Below, piece by piece: positions 63,153 to 64,000 of a DNA stretch of 64,000 nucleotides. The translations under genes were made by a program, and so were the position numbers. Below the pieces are notes generated by a model. The model searched no databases and was not told the DNA's origin. It saw only the letters and a program-made list of their open reading frames with translations. Position 1 is the stretch's first letter; each line of letters starts with the position of its first letter. Where the stretch lies: positions 2,021 through 66,020 of the forward strand of contig CALJTV010000005.1 in NCBI GenBank assembly GCA_937975645.1. The letters are read 5' to 3'. Source of the DNA: an uncultured Dehalococcoidia bacterium. GTDB lineage: Bacteria; Chloroflexota; Dehalococcoidia; GIF9; UBA5629.

Positions 63153-63899
63153 ATGTCAAAAGAATTCGAAGGTAAGGTCGCTCTGATAACCGGGGCTTCC
63201 CGTGGCATCGGAAAGGCGATCGCCATCAAACTTGCCAGTCTGGGGGCAAAGGTAATCATCAACTACCTCCAGCAAGACGACAAAGCACAGCAGGTGTTGA
63301 ACGAGGTCTCAGCACTCGGCGGCATGGCACTGCTGAAAAAGGCGGATGTCTCAGACAGCGCGGCAGTCAAGACCATGTTCAGCGAAGTCAAAAATGAACT
63401 AGGGAAGGTCGATATTTTGGTCAACAACGCTGGCATCACCAGAGACACCTTCTTGCTCAGGATGCCGGACAACGACTGGGACGCCGTCATCAACACCAAC
63501 CTGCGTGGGGTCTATCTCTGCACCAAGCAGGCGCTACGATCCATGATAGAGAAGTCATGGGGGCGCATCATCAACATCACTTCGCTGGCAGGACTCCTAG
63601 GCAATGCTGGACAGTCCAACTATTCTGCAGCCAAAGCCGGTATAATCGCCTTCACCAAAAGTATCGCCCGTGAGGTGGGGGCATTGAACATCACCGTCAA
63701 TGCTATTGCCCCGGGGTTTATCGTCACTGATATGACCGACAAACTCCCCGCGGAGACAAAAGACCTTATACTCAGCCGCATCCCGCTGAAGCGGTTCGGC
63801 ACCCCGGAAGATGTGGCTAACCTGGTAGCCTTCCTCGCCAGCGAACAGGCATCCTATATCACCGCCCAGGTGATCGGTGTGGACGGAGGCGTAGTCTGA
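63153..63899 (+). CDS. fabG: 3-oxoacyl-[ACP] reductase
   Basis: 'KVALITGASRGIGKAIA', 'LVNNAGITRD', 'NYSAAKAG', 'NAIAPGFI.TDMT', 'GQVI.VDGG'. ATG 63153 follows GGTGAGG. Confidence 0.9.
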   Translation: MSKEFEGKVALITGASRGIGKAIAIKLASLGAKVIINYLQQDDKAQQVLNEVSALGGMALLKKADVSDSAAVKTMFSEVKNELGKVDILVNNAGITRDTFLLRMPDNDWDAVINTNLRGVYLCTKQALRSMIEKSWGRIINITSLAGLLGNAGQSNYSAAKAGIIAFTKSIAREVGALNITVNAIAPGFIVTDMTDKLPAETKDLILSRIPLKRFGTPEDVANLVAFLASEQASYITAQVIGVDGGVV

Positions 63900-63943
63900 A
63901 GCCAAATGCACTGCAGTGAACGGAAGATGAAAGGAGGTTGAGT

Positions 63944-64000
63944 ATGAAGAAGGTGCGTATCGTCACCGACACCGTCTGCTGTCTGCCCGACAACATAGTC
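63944..64000 (+). CDS. DegV-family protein, N-terminal fragment (continues beyond the window)
   Basis: 'MKKVRIVTDTVCCLPDNIV' parallels the N-terminus of the DegV gene at 57063-57932 ('VLVMTDTVACIPEGLV'). AAAGGAGGT lies before the ATG. Confidence 0.6.
   Translation, partial: MKKVRIVTDTVCCLPDNIV

Noticed and set aside
63910-63919. 10-bp perfect palindrome CACTGCAGTG after fabG
   Set aside because: It has no loop, so it cannot form a terminator hairpin. It contains a CTGCAG site, but a single occurrence is not evidence of a regulatory or restriction-related function.
1-64000. Search for a mobile-element context of the archaellum cluster (integrase, transposase, tRNA attachment site, direct repeats), and for CRISPR arrays, rRNA and tRNA genes
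   Set aside because: No ORF shows integrase or transposase motifs. I noticed no repeats flanking 2.3-13 kb and no tRNA-like T-arm motifs in intergenic DNA. I saw no regularly spaced repeats. I cannot compute GC skew or k-mer statistics here, so a compositional island cannot be claimed.

Overview
The window is a gene-dense stretch of a bacterial chromosome. Bacterial hallmarks include rpsU, plsX-acpP-fabL-fabF-fabG, NarL-type two-component systems, GGDEF/HD-GYP c-di-GMP enzymes, Shine-Dalgarno sites and sigma70-type promoters. The gene content suggests an anaerobic Chloroflexota-like organism, but this is inference only. The main feature is a complete archaellum (archaeal flagellum) cluster at about 2.4-8.7 kb: arlB (archaellin), an arlC/D/E-like gene, arlF, arlG, arlH, arlI and arlJ. 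It is tightly packed, and each gene is preceded by a bacterial SD sequence. Three non-archaeal genes appear to be co-transcribed downstream: a TM-anchored acidic disordered protein, a surface protein with four Ig-like repeats, and a PAS-GAF-HD-GYP phosphodiesterase. Upstream lie a GAF histidine kinase, a NarL regulator and an atypical stand-alone receiver. No prepilin peptidase (arlK) and no che genes are present in the window. The rest is mostly housekeeping and anaerobic metabolism: abfD, GH3 glucosidase, hpt/ade, glyQS, trxA-ccdA-tlpA, aroH and DAHP synthase, ribF, tyrS, serA, purQL and acpS. Other items worth a look are a four-gene benzoyl-CoA-reductase/2-hydroxyacyl-CoA-dehydratase-like cluster with a ferredoxin-fused ATPase subunit, and a FAS II cluster that uses a HadAB-like hotdog pair in the position where fabZ would be expected. 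I found no rRNA, tRNA, CRISPR array, transposase or integrase. All calls rest on motif and synteny recognition by eye. No database search was run.
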